This document shows, piece after piece, positions 23,853-33,735 of a stretch of DNA of 64,000 bases. The position numbers were made by a program, and so were the translations under genes. The DNA is from an uncultured bacterium. GTDB lineage: Bacteria; Armatimonadota; Abditibacteriia; Abditibacteriales; Abditibacteriaceae. The notes below the pieces were generated by a model. That model saw only the letters and a program-made list of their open reading frames with translations. It was not told where the DNA came from and ran no database searches. Positions within the stretch are counted from its first letter, which is position 1. Each line of letters begins with the position of its first letter. Location of the stretch: contig CAWJLW010000006.1 of the NCBI GenBank assembly GCA_963843795.1, positions 682,001 to 746,000 on the forward strand, written 5' to 3'.

Positions 23853-26633
23853 TCAAGGCGCTAACGCATCTTCAACTGTAGACGAACTTGCAAAGGCGAC
23901 GGCTTCTTTCAAACTCATGGCTTGGCCTGCGCTCCATGCGGCTTCAAAAGCCGCGTCGTCCATAGTGGTTTGCAAACTGTTGAGATAGCGTTCGTAGCGT
24001 TCAAGCACCACTGGCACCTGATGATAATGTAAGGTCTCGCGCAATGCTGCGGCGGCGGACAGTAAGGTTACGGCGCGTGCGGGCTGCGCTTGCTCAGCGG
24101 CCAAAAATGCGATGAATTCAATTACCTGACACATTTCCCAGTGGCCGCGCAATTCGGTGTGAATTGTCAGGGCTTCGTTGAAGAAACTTTGCGCGGGAGC
24201 GTGTTCGCCCAGAGCGCACGATACGCTGCCCAATCCCCACATCACACGCGCGACTGCCCATGTATCGCCCAGAGCGTGTAAAATTTTCAGGCTTTCGTTT
24301 AAGGCCTCTTGTGCTGCCGCGTAATCGTCTTGAAAATAGGCCGTGATGCCTAGATTAAACAGCAAAAGTCCGATTCCTCGCGGATTGCCTTCACGTCGCG
24401 CTGTTGTCAGACCGCTTTCCAACAGCGCGCGCACTTCCATCAAGTGCTGTTCGCTGGATGCCATAATGACTAAACCGGTCAGAATATAATGCAGATCGGT
24501 ATTGTCGCCCAATTCCTGCTTGAGAGTCAGACTTTCTTCCAGCAAGGCGCGGCTTGGGGCGTGTTCGCCGCGCGACGCCGCTACGAATCCCAAACCATAC
24601 AACGCGGTGGCGATGCCTTTGCGGTCGTCCAATTGTCGGTAAAGCGCCAGACTTTGGCTTAAAGCCTCGTGAGACGCGGCATAATCAGCCTGAAACCACG
24701 CCAGACGCCCAATTCCCAGTTGCGCTTGTGCGAGCAGGGCGGTGGGAACCTCCCTGTTTTGCGCGAGCGTTTGTTCCAGATTTCGTTCCAGTCGGCGGCG
24801 TCCACCGGCAAAACGCCCGCGCCGCAACCAATAAGGCCAAAGCAAAACGGCCAAACGCAAACCCGTTTCCGGTTCGTTATCGGCCAACCAGTTCAACGCC
24901 GCCAGCAGATTATCGTGATCGGCATCAAGGCGCGCCAGCCACACAACCTGTTGTGCGCCAGCCAGTAAGGGCGCGGCTTCTTGGGCCAAATTCACGAAAA
25001 ACTCGGCATGACGGCGCGCGACGACTTCCCTTTCGCCGCTCTTGGTTAAGGCTTCCAGAGCATATTCGCGGATGGTTTCCAGCATGCTGAAGCGCGTTTC
25101 GCCGTCCGCTGCGCTTCTGGTGTGCAGCAAACTGTGATCGAGTAGCGCTTCGAATTCATCCAAAGCAAAAGCGGCTTCGTCGGTTAAAATGGCGATGTTT
25201 TCAGCAGCTTCCAACGTGCAGCCATTGGAAAAAATGGCCATACGACGAAACAATTTTTGCTCGTCGGGCCGCAGCAAATCATAGCTCCAGGCGATGGCGT
25301 TGCGCAGCGTTTGGTGGCGCTCTGGCAAATCCTGCGCGCCACCAGTCAGCAGCGGCAAACGCTTCTTCAGACGATTTAAAAGCGTGGTGGCAGAAAATAA
25401 GCGCACGCGCGCTGCTGCCAGTTCGATGGCGAGTGGCAAGCCATCTAAACGAATACAGATTTCGGCGATGGCAGACAGCGTTTCATGAGTGATTGCGAAG
25501 TCGGGCTGCACAGCGTGCGCGCGCTGCACGAACAATTGCACAGCCGCATTTTGTGCTAAGGTCTGCGGGAAAAGCGAACTGGCAAGATTGGGCAATTCCA
25601 ATGGCGGCACCGCGAATTTGTGTTCACCGCGAAGATGCAGCGGCGCGCGGCTGGTGATTAAAATTTTGAGCAACGGGCAGGCGGCTAGCAATTCGGCCAC
25701 TTGAGGCGCTGCTACAAGTACTTGCTCGAAATTGTCCAGCACCAGAAGCAGCCGCTTATCGCGCAAATGTTCCTGCACACTTTCCAGAACCGACAGGCCA
25801 GCGACTTCGGAAATTTCCAAGGAGCGCGCAATTGCTATTGTTACGGCGATAGAATCGCTGAGTGGTGCCAGCGCCACCCAAAAAACGCCGTCTTCGCAAT
25901 CGGCCAATAGCTCGCTGCCCACTTGTAAACTCAAACGCGTTTTGCCCGCGCCGCCGGGCGCAATGAAAGTCACCAGACGCACGTCCGCACGACGCAACAA
26001 CGCACAGGCGTCCTTCAACGTTTGCTCGCGTCCGATTAATGGCGTCGGCGGTGTCGGCAGATTATATGGCCGATTGTTGATAGTAGCCAGTGGCGGAAAT
26101 GTGGATGGCACGCCTTCAATAATGAGTTGACACAAGCGCTGCGGATGGCGCAAATCCTTGAGACGATGTTCACCTAAATCGCGCAGTTTCACACCCTGAG
26201 GCCAATGAGTGCCGACTAAATGCCTCGTCGCTTGGGTGAGCAGCACTTGCCCGCCGCGCGCCGCCGCCATGACACGCGCGGCAACGTGAACATCCAGGCC
26301 GATGTAACCGGCAGCCGTGTGGGCCGGCTTTCCGCTGTGCAGGCCTATACGCACGCGCACTTTACCCTCAAATGGCCAATTGTGTTCGTGCAGCGCGCGT
26401 TGAAGCGCTGTAGCCGCGATCACAGCGTCGATGGCGGCCTTGAAAACAATGCAGAAACTATCGCCGGTAGCATCTATTTCCTGTCCGTTGTGCGCCTTGC
26501 AAACGGCGCGGAACAAACGGCGATGCGTTTCCAGAACGGGCGCGTAGCCTTCGCCCAGACGTTGCAAAAGTTGGGTGCTGCCTTCGATATCACTAAACAA
26601 AAAAGTCACGACACCGGTCGGAAATTCGGCCAT
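23853..26633 (-). CDS. Class III adenylate/guanylate cyclase - NB-ARC-like (STAND) ATPase - TPR protein
   Basis: FLFSDIEGST, VRIGLHSG, GGAGKTRL, LVLDNFEQ, LDGLPLAIELAAAR and C-terminal TPR-like helices. Confidence 0.88.
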   Translation of the reverse strand: MAEFPTGVVTFLFSDIEGSTQLLQRLGEGYAPVLETHRRLFRAVCKAHNGQEIDATGDSFCIVFKAAIDAVIAATALQRALHEHNWPFEGKVRVRIGLHSGKPAHTAAGYIGLDVHVAARVMAAARGGQVLLTQATRHLVGTHWPQGVKLRDLGEHRLKDLRHPQRLCQLIIEGVPSTFPPLATINNRPYNLPTPPTPLIGREQTLKDACALLRRADVRLVTFIAPGGAGKTRLSLQVGSELLADCEDGVFWVALAPLSDSIAVTIAIARSLEISEVAGLSVLESVQEHLRDKRLLLVLDNFEQVLVAAPQVAELLAACPLLKILITSRAPLHLRGEHKFAVPPLELPNLASSLFPQTLAQNAAVQLFVQRAHAVQPDFAITHETLSAIAEICIRLDGLPLAIELAAARVRLFSATTLLNRLKKRLPLLTGGAQDLPERHQTLRNAIAWSYDLLRPDEQKLFRRMAIFSNGCTLEAAENIAILTDEAAFALDEFEALLDHSLLHTRSAADGETRFSMLETIREYALEALTKSGEREVVARRHAEFFVNLAQEAAPLLAGAQQVVWLARLDADHDNLLAALNWLADNEPETGLRLAVLLWPYWLRRGRFAGGRRRLERNLEQTLAQNREVPTALLAQAQLGIGRLAWFQADYAASHEALSQSLALYRQLDDRKGIATALYGLGFVAASRGEHAPSRALLEESLTLKQELGDNTDLHYILTGLVIMASSEQHLMEVRALLESGLTTARREGNPRGIGLLLFNLGITAYFQDDYAAAQEALNESLKILHALGDTWAVARVMWGLGSVSCALGEHAPAQSFFNEALTIHTELRGHWEMCQVIEFIAFLAAEQAQPARAVTLLSAAAALRETLHYHQVPVVLERYERYLNSLQTTMDDAAFEAAWSAGQAMSLKEAVAFASSSTVEDALAP

Positions 26634-26739
26634 ATAAAATGAAGTTTAACCGAACGTCTTGCGCATCTAACCAACACCTCTGCAAGTACTTGCAGCGTGA
26701 ATGAGTTCTTCTTCACCTAAGGCAGAATCGTTCGACCAA

Positions 26740-26779
26740 ACAAAAACACCTCTGCAAGTACTTGCAGAGGTGTTTTTGT
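26740..26779. terminator. 40-bp perfect palindrome centred on the repeat, just downstream of the dps-like gene
   Basis: ACAAAAACACCTC-TGCAAGTACTTGCA-GAGGTGTTTTTGT. Confidence 0.75.
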
Positions 26780-26790
26780 CGTGGCTTTGT

Positions 26791-27558
26791 TTATTTGGTC
26801 GAACTTCCAGCATAGTCGTGCGCTTGTAGATTGGCCCACGGCAGGTTTTCGCCCAAGCTGCCCGGCTGCTTCAAGTGAATGCGCAGTTGCCACAGATTGT
26901 GATCAACGTCGTATGCCAAATCTTGAAACTTATTGCTGGTCGGTGGGTCGCTTTCCGAAGTATCGCGGATGTATTGATAAACCTCTTTTTGTAGAACCGT
27001 CACGCGGTCGATCAACAATTTGAGCGATTCATTGTCGGTCAGATAACCGGCGGGCATGTCGGGAATTTTGGTGGTACGCGCAATGGTCTGATAACGGCCA
27101 TCAACGCTGAAACCCAGCGAAAGTTGGCGTTCGGCGAACACGTCGGCGTATTTACGATACATATCGGCCTGTTCCTGATAGAACTCGTGCAGCGGCAGAT
27201 AAAGCGGCCCGTTCAAATTCCAGTGCGCTTCTTTGTGCATATTGAACAGCGATAGCAGATCAACTGTGATCTGCTGCAACACGTCCGCACTTTTTTTACG
27301 TGTGGCGTCACTGGATAAGGGCAAACTGTCTTCGATGCGCTTGGGCGAAGCCACTTTCCCGACGCTTTGACCCTGATTCTCGGCGCGATTGCCGCGACTA
27401 GTGGCATCTTGCTGCAAACGCGTATCGGTTTGTTGCGCTTGCTTTTCTTCGGCACTCTGCGCATGGGCAGCGCCAGTCGCGCATAATGTCCAAGTGATAG
27501 CGGCGGCGGTGCGAAGTGCGTGTTTTGTAGCGGTAAATTTCTTCGTTTTGATTCTCAT
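26791..27558 (-). CDS. dps: Dps-family ferritin-like protein with an N-terminal signal-peptide-like extension
   Basis: KEAHWNLNGP..LPLHEFY...DVFAER and DHNLWQL; basic/hydrophobic leader ending in AHA-Q. Confidence 0.85.
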   Translation of the reverse strand: MRIKTKKFTATKHALRTAAAITWTLCATGAAHAQSAEEKQAQQTDTRLQQDATSRGNRAENQGQSVGKVASPKRIEDSLPLSSDATRKKSADVLQQITVDLLSLFNMHKEAHWNLNGPLYLPLHEFYQEQADMYRKYADVFAERQLSLGFSVDGRYQTIARTTKIPDMPAGYLTDNESLKLLIDRVTVLQKEVYQYIRDTSESDPPTSNKFQDLAYDVDHNLWQLRIHLKQPGSLGENLPWANLQAHDYAGSSTK

Positions 27559-27613
27559 CTTCTCGACTCCAATTTCTAAACAAGGTATGGCCTTGCGGTC
27601 ACCCCAATTAAAA

Positions 27614-27628
27614 GCAAATGAAATACCG
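27614..27628 (-). promoter_or_regulatory. Putative sigma54 -24/-12 promoter of dps
   Basis: Minus strand CGGTAT-TTCAT-TTGC (GG-N10-GC), 55 bp upstream of the ATG. Confidence 0.55.
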
Positions 27629-27773
27629 ACTGTGCGAATTTTTACAGTTATGAGTGGCCCGATTTCGATGAGAATTTTCTCATAGAAACTCGGTTGTTTG
27701 AATCGCTGGTAAACCAAAGGGCGCGCCGATAAGCGGCACGCCCTTATTTTGGAATTGAGTTTGAAAATCGGAG

Positions 27774-27971
27774 TTAGTTGATCGGTGGGCCTTCAGCGGG
27801 CAGCGAGGAACTATTATCGGGCGCGGGTTCGCGCGAGGACTGGTCGGCACCTTCACTGGTATCGACACCTTCGGCGCTGCCCGGTGTCGTACCGGGGTCG
27901 ATAGTGGCGGAGTTGGATTTAATCTTTTCTTCGCTCAATTGGGTTTGTGGGACTTTGGTATCTTCGGACAT
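27774..27971 (-). CDS. Small acidic disordered hypothetical protein
   Basis: AAGGAG RBS; MSEDTKVPQ...TTPGSAEG... Confidence 0.65.
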   Translation of the reverse strand: MSEDTKVPQTQLSEEKIKSNSATIDPGTTPGSAEGVDTSEGADQSSREPAPDNSSSLPAEGPPIN

Positions 27972-28008
27972 AAGTTCTCCTTGTGAAATCAATTTCATCG
28001 TTTGCACG

Positions 28009-28023
28009 GCAAACCCGACGCCA
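28009..28023 (-). promoter_or_regulatory. Putative sigma54 -24/-12 promoter
   Basis: Minus strand TGGCGT-CGGGT-TTGC, 37 bp upstream of the ATG at 27971. Confidence 0.6.
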
Positions 28024-28031
28024 AAAGAGCC

Positions 28032-28069
28032 TCAAAAGCTCGCTGCAAGTACTTGCAGCGAGCTTTTGA
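28032..28069. repeat. 38-bp perfect palindrome centred on the repeat, between divergent genes
   Basis: TCAAAAGCTCGC-TGCAAGTACTTGCA-GCGAGCTTTTGA. Confidence 0.85.
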
Positions 28070-28196
28070 AAAGTTTTCTGTTATTGAGACCAGTAATAAA
28101 ACACGTTGAGCCAATGTGTTAGACCGCATATCCGCCAGTATCAAAATCTTATTTGCGCGCGTCTAATTCGACTGCACCGCGCGCTCCAAAATTCTT

Positions 28197-30011
28197 GTGT
28201 CTTTAAATCCTTTTCGCCTGCGCAAGCTGTACTCGTCGCGTGGCTTCGCTTTGCTTTCCCTTGTGGTCACCGGCTTGGTCATTCCGCTTTTGCCTGCGTC
28301 GGCACAAACGGCTGCCACGCCTACTCCTGCGCCCACTGCGCCTGTTGCTGACAACGCGCGCGACGATAACGCTGATGATCCGCGCAAAATTGAAGCGCAG
28401 CCCGCGCGCGAGCCGCTTCCGCCGGTTGTTACTCCGCCGGTAATCGTTGTTGCTCCGCCCACTAACGGTGCGCCAACTGCAACCGAGGAAAACGGCAATG
28501 TCAGCGTTACGACGGGACGGCAAACTTCCGCGACTGGCTCGGCGACCATTCCGGGAACTGTTAATGCAGGCGGAGTGCCCAATGTTTCGGTTTCGCAAAC
28601 CAATGTCGCTACACCAGTTGGTGCCGCGCAAACCACTGTGGCAAAAACCGACGGCGATGTCAAATCAGCAACAGATGAAACTGTTGCGGCCAAAGCGCCC
28701 GGTGTGCTGCCCGAGCGCGGGAAATTTATTATTACGGGCACCAAAGATCGTTTGAGCGTATTCGCCGTCGCGGTCGATGCGCCGGAACTATTGACGGCGA
28801 TTGCGGCCAAAGCCGATTTGAAATTGCTAATCGACGATGAAGTGTCTCGCAAATTGACGGTGAATTTCGTGGGGCGACCCGCAATTCAAATCGTGCGCGA
28901 TATTACGGTCGCTTTTGGTTTGGGATTCGCCGAAATCGGTGGCATTTTCATGGTCAGCGAAGGCATTCCGCGCACGCCCGGTTCGTATTTGCTTTCGGAA
29001 ATTGAATCGGTTTCAACCAAATATGTTGATGCCGCTAACGCGCGCAATTTACTGCCGGTCTTTTTGCAGGATTATGTAAAAGTCAATTCCGAACAAAACG
29101 CGGTCGTGCTGTCGGCTCCGGCGGACATTTTGAACAAATTTCGCGACGACATCGCGCGCTTTGATACTCCCGCCTCGCAAATTCTGGTTGATTTGCTGGT
29201 CGTGGAACTTACCGATACTACGCTTGATCAACTGAGCTTTGATTTGAATTTTTCCAACGCGGGCAAAAGTTTTGGCTTTAACAGCGGCGGCGCGTTTTAT
29301 CGTTCCGTGATTAATTTGCCCAAAGCCTTCAGCACAACGATTCGAGCTTTGGAAGAAAATGGCCGCGCTCGCGTGCGCGCCAATCCGCGCATCGCGACCG
29401 TTTCGGGGCGACGTGCTTCGATATTCGTCGGGCGCCAGCGTTATATTGTCACACCGATTGATACTGGAAACGGACAACGCAACTTCATCGACGCTGGTGT
29501 GCGCTTGAATATCACGCCGTTTACCGGCGGGCAAGGTCAGATTCTGGTCGATGTCGATACCGAAGTTTCCACGCTTTCTGCGGTCGATCCCGTGACGCGC
29601 CTGCCGGAAAAAAGTACGCGCACGGCAACTTCGACGGTGCGCGTGGCAGATGGTCAAACCATTGTCATTGGTGGTTTGAAGCAGCGCGAAACGCGCGAAG
29701 TGCGCACGCGCGTTCCGGTTCTGGGCAGTTTGCCGTTGATTGGCCCGTTGTTTCGTTCCAAAGATATTCGCAGTACCGATTCGGAATTGGTGATTTTCAT
29801 TACGCCGCGCACGCTGCTCGATAACGGACATTTGCCCGAGCAAGAAGAGGCCGCGCTCAAAGATCGCTTTTTGAACAGCCCGCTTCAACAATCCCTGCCG
29901 CCGACAAATTTCAAAGAAACGCCCGCGCAAAGCGTGCCCGCCGGCGCGCTGAATGCGCCACGCGCGGACGACGAAACTTTGACGGTCGTGCCCAAAACGG
30001 ATGGGCGTTAA
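28197..30011 (+). CDS. Secretin (type II/III secretion or type IV pilus outer-membrane pore family), copy 1
   Basis: FDTPASQILV, ANPRIAT, AGVRLNITP, VRVADGQTIVIGGL, VPVLGSLPLIGPLF and ELVIFITP motifs. Confidence 0.88.
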   Translation: MSLNPFRLRKLYSSRGFALLSLVVTGLVIPLLPASAQTAATPTPAPTAPVADNARDDNADDPRKIEAQPAREPLPPVVTPPVIVVAPPTNGAPTATEENGNVSVTTGRQTSATGSATIPGTVNAGGVPNVSVSQTNVATPVGAAQTTVAKTDGDVKSATDETVAAKAPGVLPERGKFIITGTKDRLSVFAVAVDAPELLTAIAAKADLKLLIDDEVSRKLTVNFVGRPAIQIVRDITVAFGLGFAEIGGIFMVSEGIPRTPGSYLLSEIESVSTKYVDAANARNLLPVFLQDYVKVNSEQNAVVLSAPADILNKFRDDIARFDTPASQILVDLLVVELTDTTLDQLSFDLNFSNAGKSFGFNSGGAFYRSVINLPKAFSTTIRALEENGRARVRANPRIATVSGRRASIFVGRQRYIVTPIDTGNGQRNFIDAGVRLNITPFTGGQGQILVDVDTEVSTLSAVDPVTRLPEKSTRTATSTVRVADGQTIVIGGLKQRETREVRTRVPVLGSLPLIGPLFRSKDIRSTDSELVIFITPRTLLDNGHLPEQEEAALKDRFLNSPLQQSLPPTNFKETPAQSVPAGALNAPRADDETLTVVPKTDGR

Positions 30012-30045
30012 ATTGCGATTTTCAATGCTTGATTTTGGGCGTGCA

Positions 30046-31791
30046 ATGGTTTTTCGTGTGTTGCAATTACTCGTACTGCTTTTTCTGCTGCAAGTACTTG
30101 CGACGCCCAAAACTGTTAGCGCGCAGCTGGCGACTTCGTTTTACAGCGTGACCGGCATTGAAACCAAGCGTTTGCCCAACGCAATCCAAGTCACAATTCG
30201 CACCGATGGCGCGGTCAGCTTTGGCGGCGACATCGCGCAATGGGCGCAGTATACCGACGATGACGACGATTTTACGCCCAAGCCGACCACGCGTTTGCGC
30301 CTGCGTCTGCTCAAGGCGCGCTCTCGCATTCCGGCATTCGTAGATCTGGGCGCTTACCCGTTCGATTCGGCGCAGGTCACTCTGGGACGTGACGATCTCG
30401 TGCGGCCTTATTTCCCCTACGATATCAATTGGAACAGCGAACCGCGTGTCGATATCGAACTGCGTTTTTTCGTTCCGGTGCGTATGCAGCGTTTCACCGT
30501 GCGCAGCTTTGGCAGCCAGAACCAGGAAATTCGCATGGGCGGCTACATGGATCCGCGTGAAATGAACGTTGAACTGGGCAACGACCGGCGCTCGATTGTG
30601 ATCACGGTAATCACCGATCGCCAAGATTCTGGCGCGGAAAAACGTTTGCTGCGTTCGCCGCGCAGCGAGCAAAAACAAACGCTGCAAGTACTGGGGACGC
30701 GCGATAATCTCCAATTGCTGGCGCTGCACGCGCCGCTGACCGAAGTTTTGAATCAGCTTTCGCGCAACGCACGTTTGCCGGTCGTGACGCGCCCCGAAGT
30801 GGAAAATATGCGCGTTTCGCTGCGCACAGACGGCACTTTGCCGGAAATTCTAAGCGCGCTATCAAGTGGTTTGGGCCTTTCGGTAAACGAGCGGCCCGAA
30901 AGCGCGGGCGGTGGCTGGAGCGTCGGTGGCAACGAGAATTCGGATGTTCAAAGTGTAGCATTGAAACATTTGTCGCCGGAAAATGCCCGCCTTTTGCTGG
31001 GCGACTGGTTGCTGCCATTTTTGCGGGTCGATAACGAAAACAATGCGCTCATCGTCAGCGCCGCGCCCGCTGTGGTCGCGAAAATTCGTGCCGACCTCGC
31101 GGTTTTAGATGTGCCTCGCCCGCAGGTGCGCGTGCAGGCCACGCTATACGAAGTCATCGACCGCGATGCTTACAACTTTGCTTTGCAGGGCGCGTTCGGT
31201 CAGGTCGGCGTTGCGGGCACACCAGCTTTGGGCGGCACAGCGGGCGCATTGGTTGTGAACGTGCCTGGCGCAGGCGCTATCTCTTCGGTCAGCGCGCGTT
31301 TGGAATGGCTCAAAGTGCGCGGTCGCGCGCGCTTGCAAGCACAGCCGTTTGCTGTTGTGCTATCGGGCGAAACTGCAACGCTGTTTTTAGGTCAGGCGCG
31401 CTTTATTCCCGTACTGCGCACGCGCGGCAATGCGCAGGATATTCAAGCGCTGCGCTTATCGGTCGGTTATTCGCTGACCGTGCGTCCGCGTGTTTCGGCC
31501 GCCAAAACCATCACAACAGCCGCGGGAAGCGAAACGCAGCCGGAAATTAATTTGGATATTACACCCAGCATTTCGACCGTTGATGATATCGAACGCGGAA
31601 CCGGCTTGCCCACGTTGGGAATTCGGGCAATTGATGCCAATTTGCGCGTGCGCGATGGCGATGAAATCGTTATCGCCGGACTTGATTCCGATTTGGATTC
31701 GCGCGCGAACGGTCGTCGGATTTTGCCCGCGCGTCGGAAAAATCGTGAAGTTACTAAGCTTATTGCCGTAGTTTCGGCGAAAGTGCAGTAA
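30046..31791 (+). CDS. Secretin-family protein, copy 2 (divergent)
   Basis: LDVPRPQVRV, VGYSLTVRPRV and LRVRDGDEIVIAGL; lacks the P.LG.LP.IG.LF segment. Confidence 0.75.
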   Translation: MVFRVLQLLVLLFLLQVLATPKTVSAQLATSFYSVTGIETKRLPNAIQVTIRTDGAVSFGGDIAQWAQYTDDDDDFTPKPTTRLRLRLLKARSRIPAFVDLGAYPFDSAQVTLGRDDLVRPYFPYDINWNSEPRVDIELRFFVPVRMQRFTVRSFGSQNQEIRMGGYMDPREMNVELGNDRRSIVITVITDRQDSGAEKRLLRSPRSEQKQTLQVLGTRDNLQLLALHAPLTEVLNQLSRNARLPVVTRPEVENMRVSLRTDGTLPEILSALSSGLGLSVNERPESAGGGWSVGGNENSDVQSVALKHLSPENARLLLGDWLLPFLRVDNENNALIVSAAPAVVAKIRADLAVLDVPRPQVRVQATLYEVIDRDAYNFALQGAFGQVGVAGTPALGGTAGALVVNVPGAGAISSVSARLEWLKVRGRARLQAQPFAVVLSGETATLFLGQARFIPVLRTRGNAQDIQALRLSVGYSLTVRPRVSAAKTITTAAGSETQPEINLDITPSISTVDDIERGTGLPTLGIRAIDANLRVRDGDEIVIAGLDSDLDSRANGRRILPARRKNREVTKLIAVVSAKVQ

Positions 31792-31815
31792 ATCGTTTGA
31801 ACGTTTTAAATTGTT

Positions 31816-33501
31816 ATGAAAAATAAATTGTTTGTTGGCTTCAGTCGATGGGCACTAATTGTATTTCTCCTATTCGGCACTGCAAGTACTTGCAGCACAG
31901 TTTGGGCACAGAATCGATCGTTCACAACGATCAAGCAAATAAAAGTCAATCCATTATCGAACGGTGTGCAAATCACGATTTTGGCAGATGGCATTTTGCA
32001 AACGCGCGGGGCAGACACCAACGGCTCGAAGATGAACTTGAATTTCCCCGATGCGCGCAATGGAACTGGCAAAAATTTCTTTAATATCAACACCTATCCG
32101 GTTTCGTATCTTCAAGTTTCGACACCGCAAGACGCCGCCAACGGCATCGGCGTGCGCATTGATATTCAAAATTTTGTCGCCACAAACGCTTCCTTGAGCA
32201 ACACGCCTGACGGGCAGGGCGTGCTACTGACAATTCAATCCGACCGCACCCTCTCGACCGATAACAAAAATGGCGATGCGGCAACAACCACTGAAGACAG
32301 CGGCAGTGCTGATACCGCGACGCGCGTGACTTTGCAGGACGGACGCTTGACCTTGCGCGCCGTCGGTGCCGATGCGCAAAGTTTGATGGCGGCGATTGCG
32401 CGTGAAACCGGTCTGGCGATTACCGTTGACGACGCGGTTTCGCGCAAAATCAATCTCAATCTGCGCGACGTTGAACCCGAAGCCGCGCTACGCGCTATCG
32501 CGACGGCATATGGTTTGGCTTTGGCCAATATCAACGACATTTGGATGGTTTCCAAAGGTCAACCGGAAGATTTAGCGACTTATCGTTTATCCGACACTTC
32601 GAGCTTCCGTTTGCAAAACACGCAGGCGCAAAACGCGTCGGGCTTGTTGCCCAACTTTTTGTATTCGTATGTGAAAACCAATGCCGAACAGAACGCGGTT
32701 GTCGTCACGGCGCCTCCGCAACTGTTGGATAAAATTGGTGCCGATTTGGCGCGCTTGGACGTTCCTTCGCCGCAAATTGCCATTGAAGCCATCGCTGTCG
32801 AATTTACTGATAACGCCGATAGCGATTTGGGATTGCTATTGGGTTCGCCAGACCGTAATTCGTTTTCTTCGGTCGATAATGGAACCGGTGCAATTACTTA
32901 TTCGACAGTAGGCAAACTGCCGCGCACTTTTGAAATTAATTTGCGCGCGTTGCAACTGCAGGGGAAAGCGCGTGTGCGGGCGCGTCCGCAAATGGCCGTC
33001 GTGAACGGGCGCAAGGCCGATATTTTCATCGGTGCACAGCGCTTTATTCAAACCCAGTTCAACCAGTTCGGCCAAACCCAAACGCGGATTCAACCGGTAG
33101 ACGTGGGCGTGAAATTATCAGTGACGCCTCTCACCGGCGGCAATGGCGAAATTACGACTCGCATCGCGCCCGAAGTGTCGAATATTACTGAACTCGATTT
33201 ACAAACCAGTTTGCCTGTGCTGTCTACGCGCCGCGCCGATACCACTGTGCGTGTAAAAGACGGCGAAACCATAGCGATTGGCGGCTTGAGTTTGGATCAG
33301 GAACAGATTTCGCGGCGACGCATTCCAATTCTGGGTGATTTGCCATTAATTGGAGGTCTTTTCCGCTCGACCAAGCGCAACACGGTGCGCACGGAACTTA
33401 TTGTATTCGTCACACCTCGCATTCTCAATGGCAACGAGAATGAAGCCGGGGCGAATGAAAATAACGCGGCTGCGAATGAGATTGTGGGCAGGGGTCGATA
33501 A
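31816..33501 (+). CDS. Secretin, copy 3, with an AMIN-like N-terminal domain
   Basis: LDVPSPQIAIE, VGVKLSVTP, VRVKDGETIAIGGL, IPILGDLPLIGGLF and ELIVFVTPRI. Confidence 0.88.
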   Translation: MKNKLFVGFSRWALIVFLLFGTASTCSTVWAQNRSFTTIKQIKVNPLSNGVQITILADGILQTRGADTNGSKMNLNFPDARNGTGKNFFNINTYPVSYLQVSTPQDAANGIGVRIDIQNFVATNASLSNTPDGQGVLLTIQSDRTLSTDNKNGDAATTTEDSGSADTATRVTLQDGRLTLRAVGADAQSLMAAIARETGLAITVDDAVSRKINLNLRDVEPEAALRAIATAYGLALANINDIWMVSKGQPEDLATYRLSDTSSFRLQNTQAQNASGLLPNFLYSYVKTNAEQNAVVVTAPPQLLDKIGADLARLDVPSPQIAIEAIAVEFTDNADSDLGLLLGSPDRNSFSSVDNGTGAITYSTVGKLPRTFEINLRALQLQGKARVRARPQMAVVNGRKADIFIGAQRFIQTQFNQFGQTQTRIQPVDVGVKLSVTPLTGGNGEITTRIAPEVSNITELDLQTSLPVLSTRRADTTVRVKDGETIAIGGLSLDQEQISRRRIPILGDLPLIGGLFRSTKRNTVRTELIVFVTPRILNGNENEAGANENNAAANEIVGRGR

Positions 33502-33735
33502 TTTTTCAAAGGGAATTCGAAAATTATTTGGTAACGTGTTACGATAATAGAGAGATGTCGCGAAGTGTGTGATTATCTGTTACTATAAATGCGTATACGA
33601 ACTGTCTCGGGCGGGTAGTTTGTAAGCGAGCGGCATCAGAATATTGTATTCGTTGAACGATTAAGATTACGAGTGCAACCAGCGTTGAGGGAATTTAAAA
33701 ACGAGATAACCTGTTGTACTTAGGTCTGCTAAACA

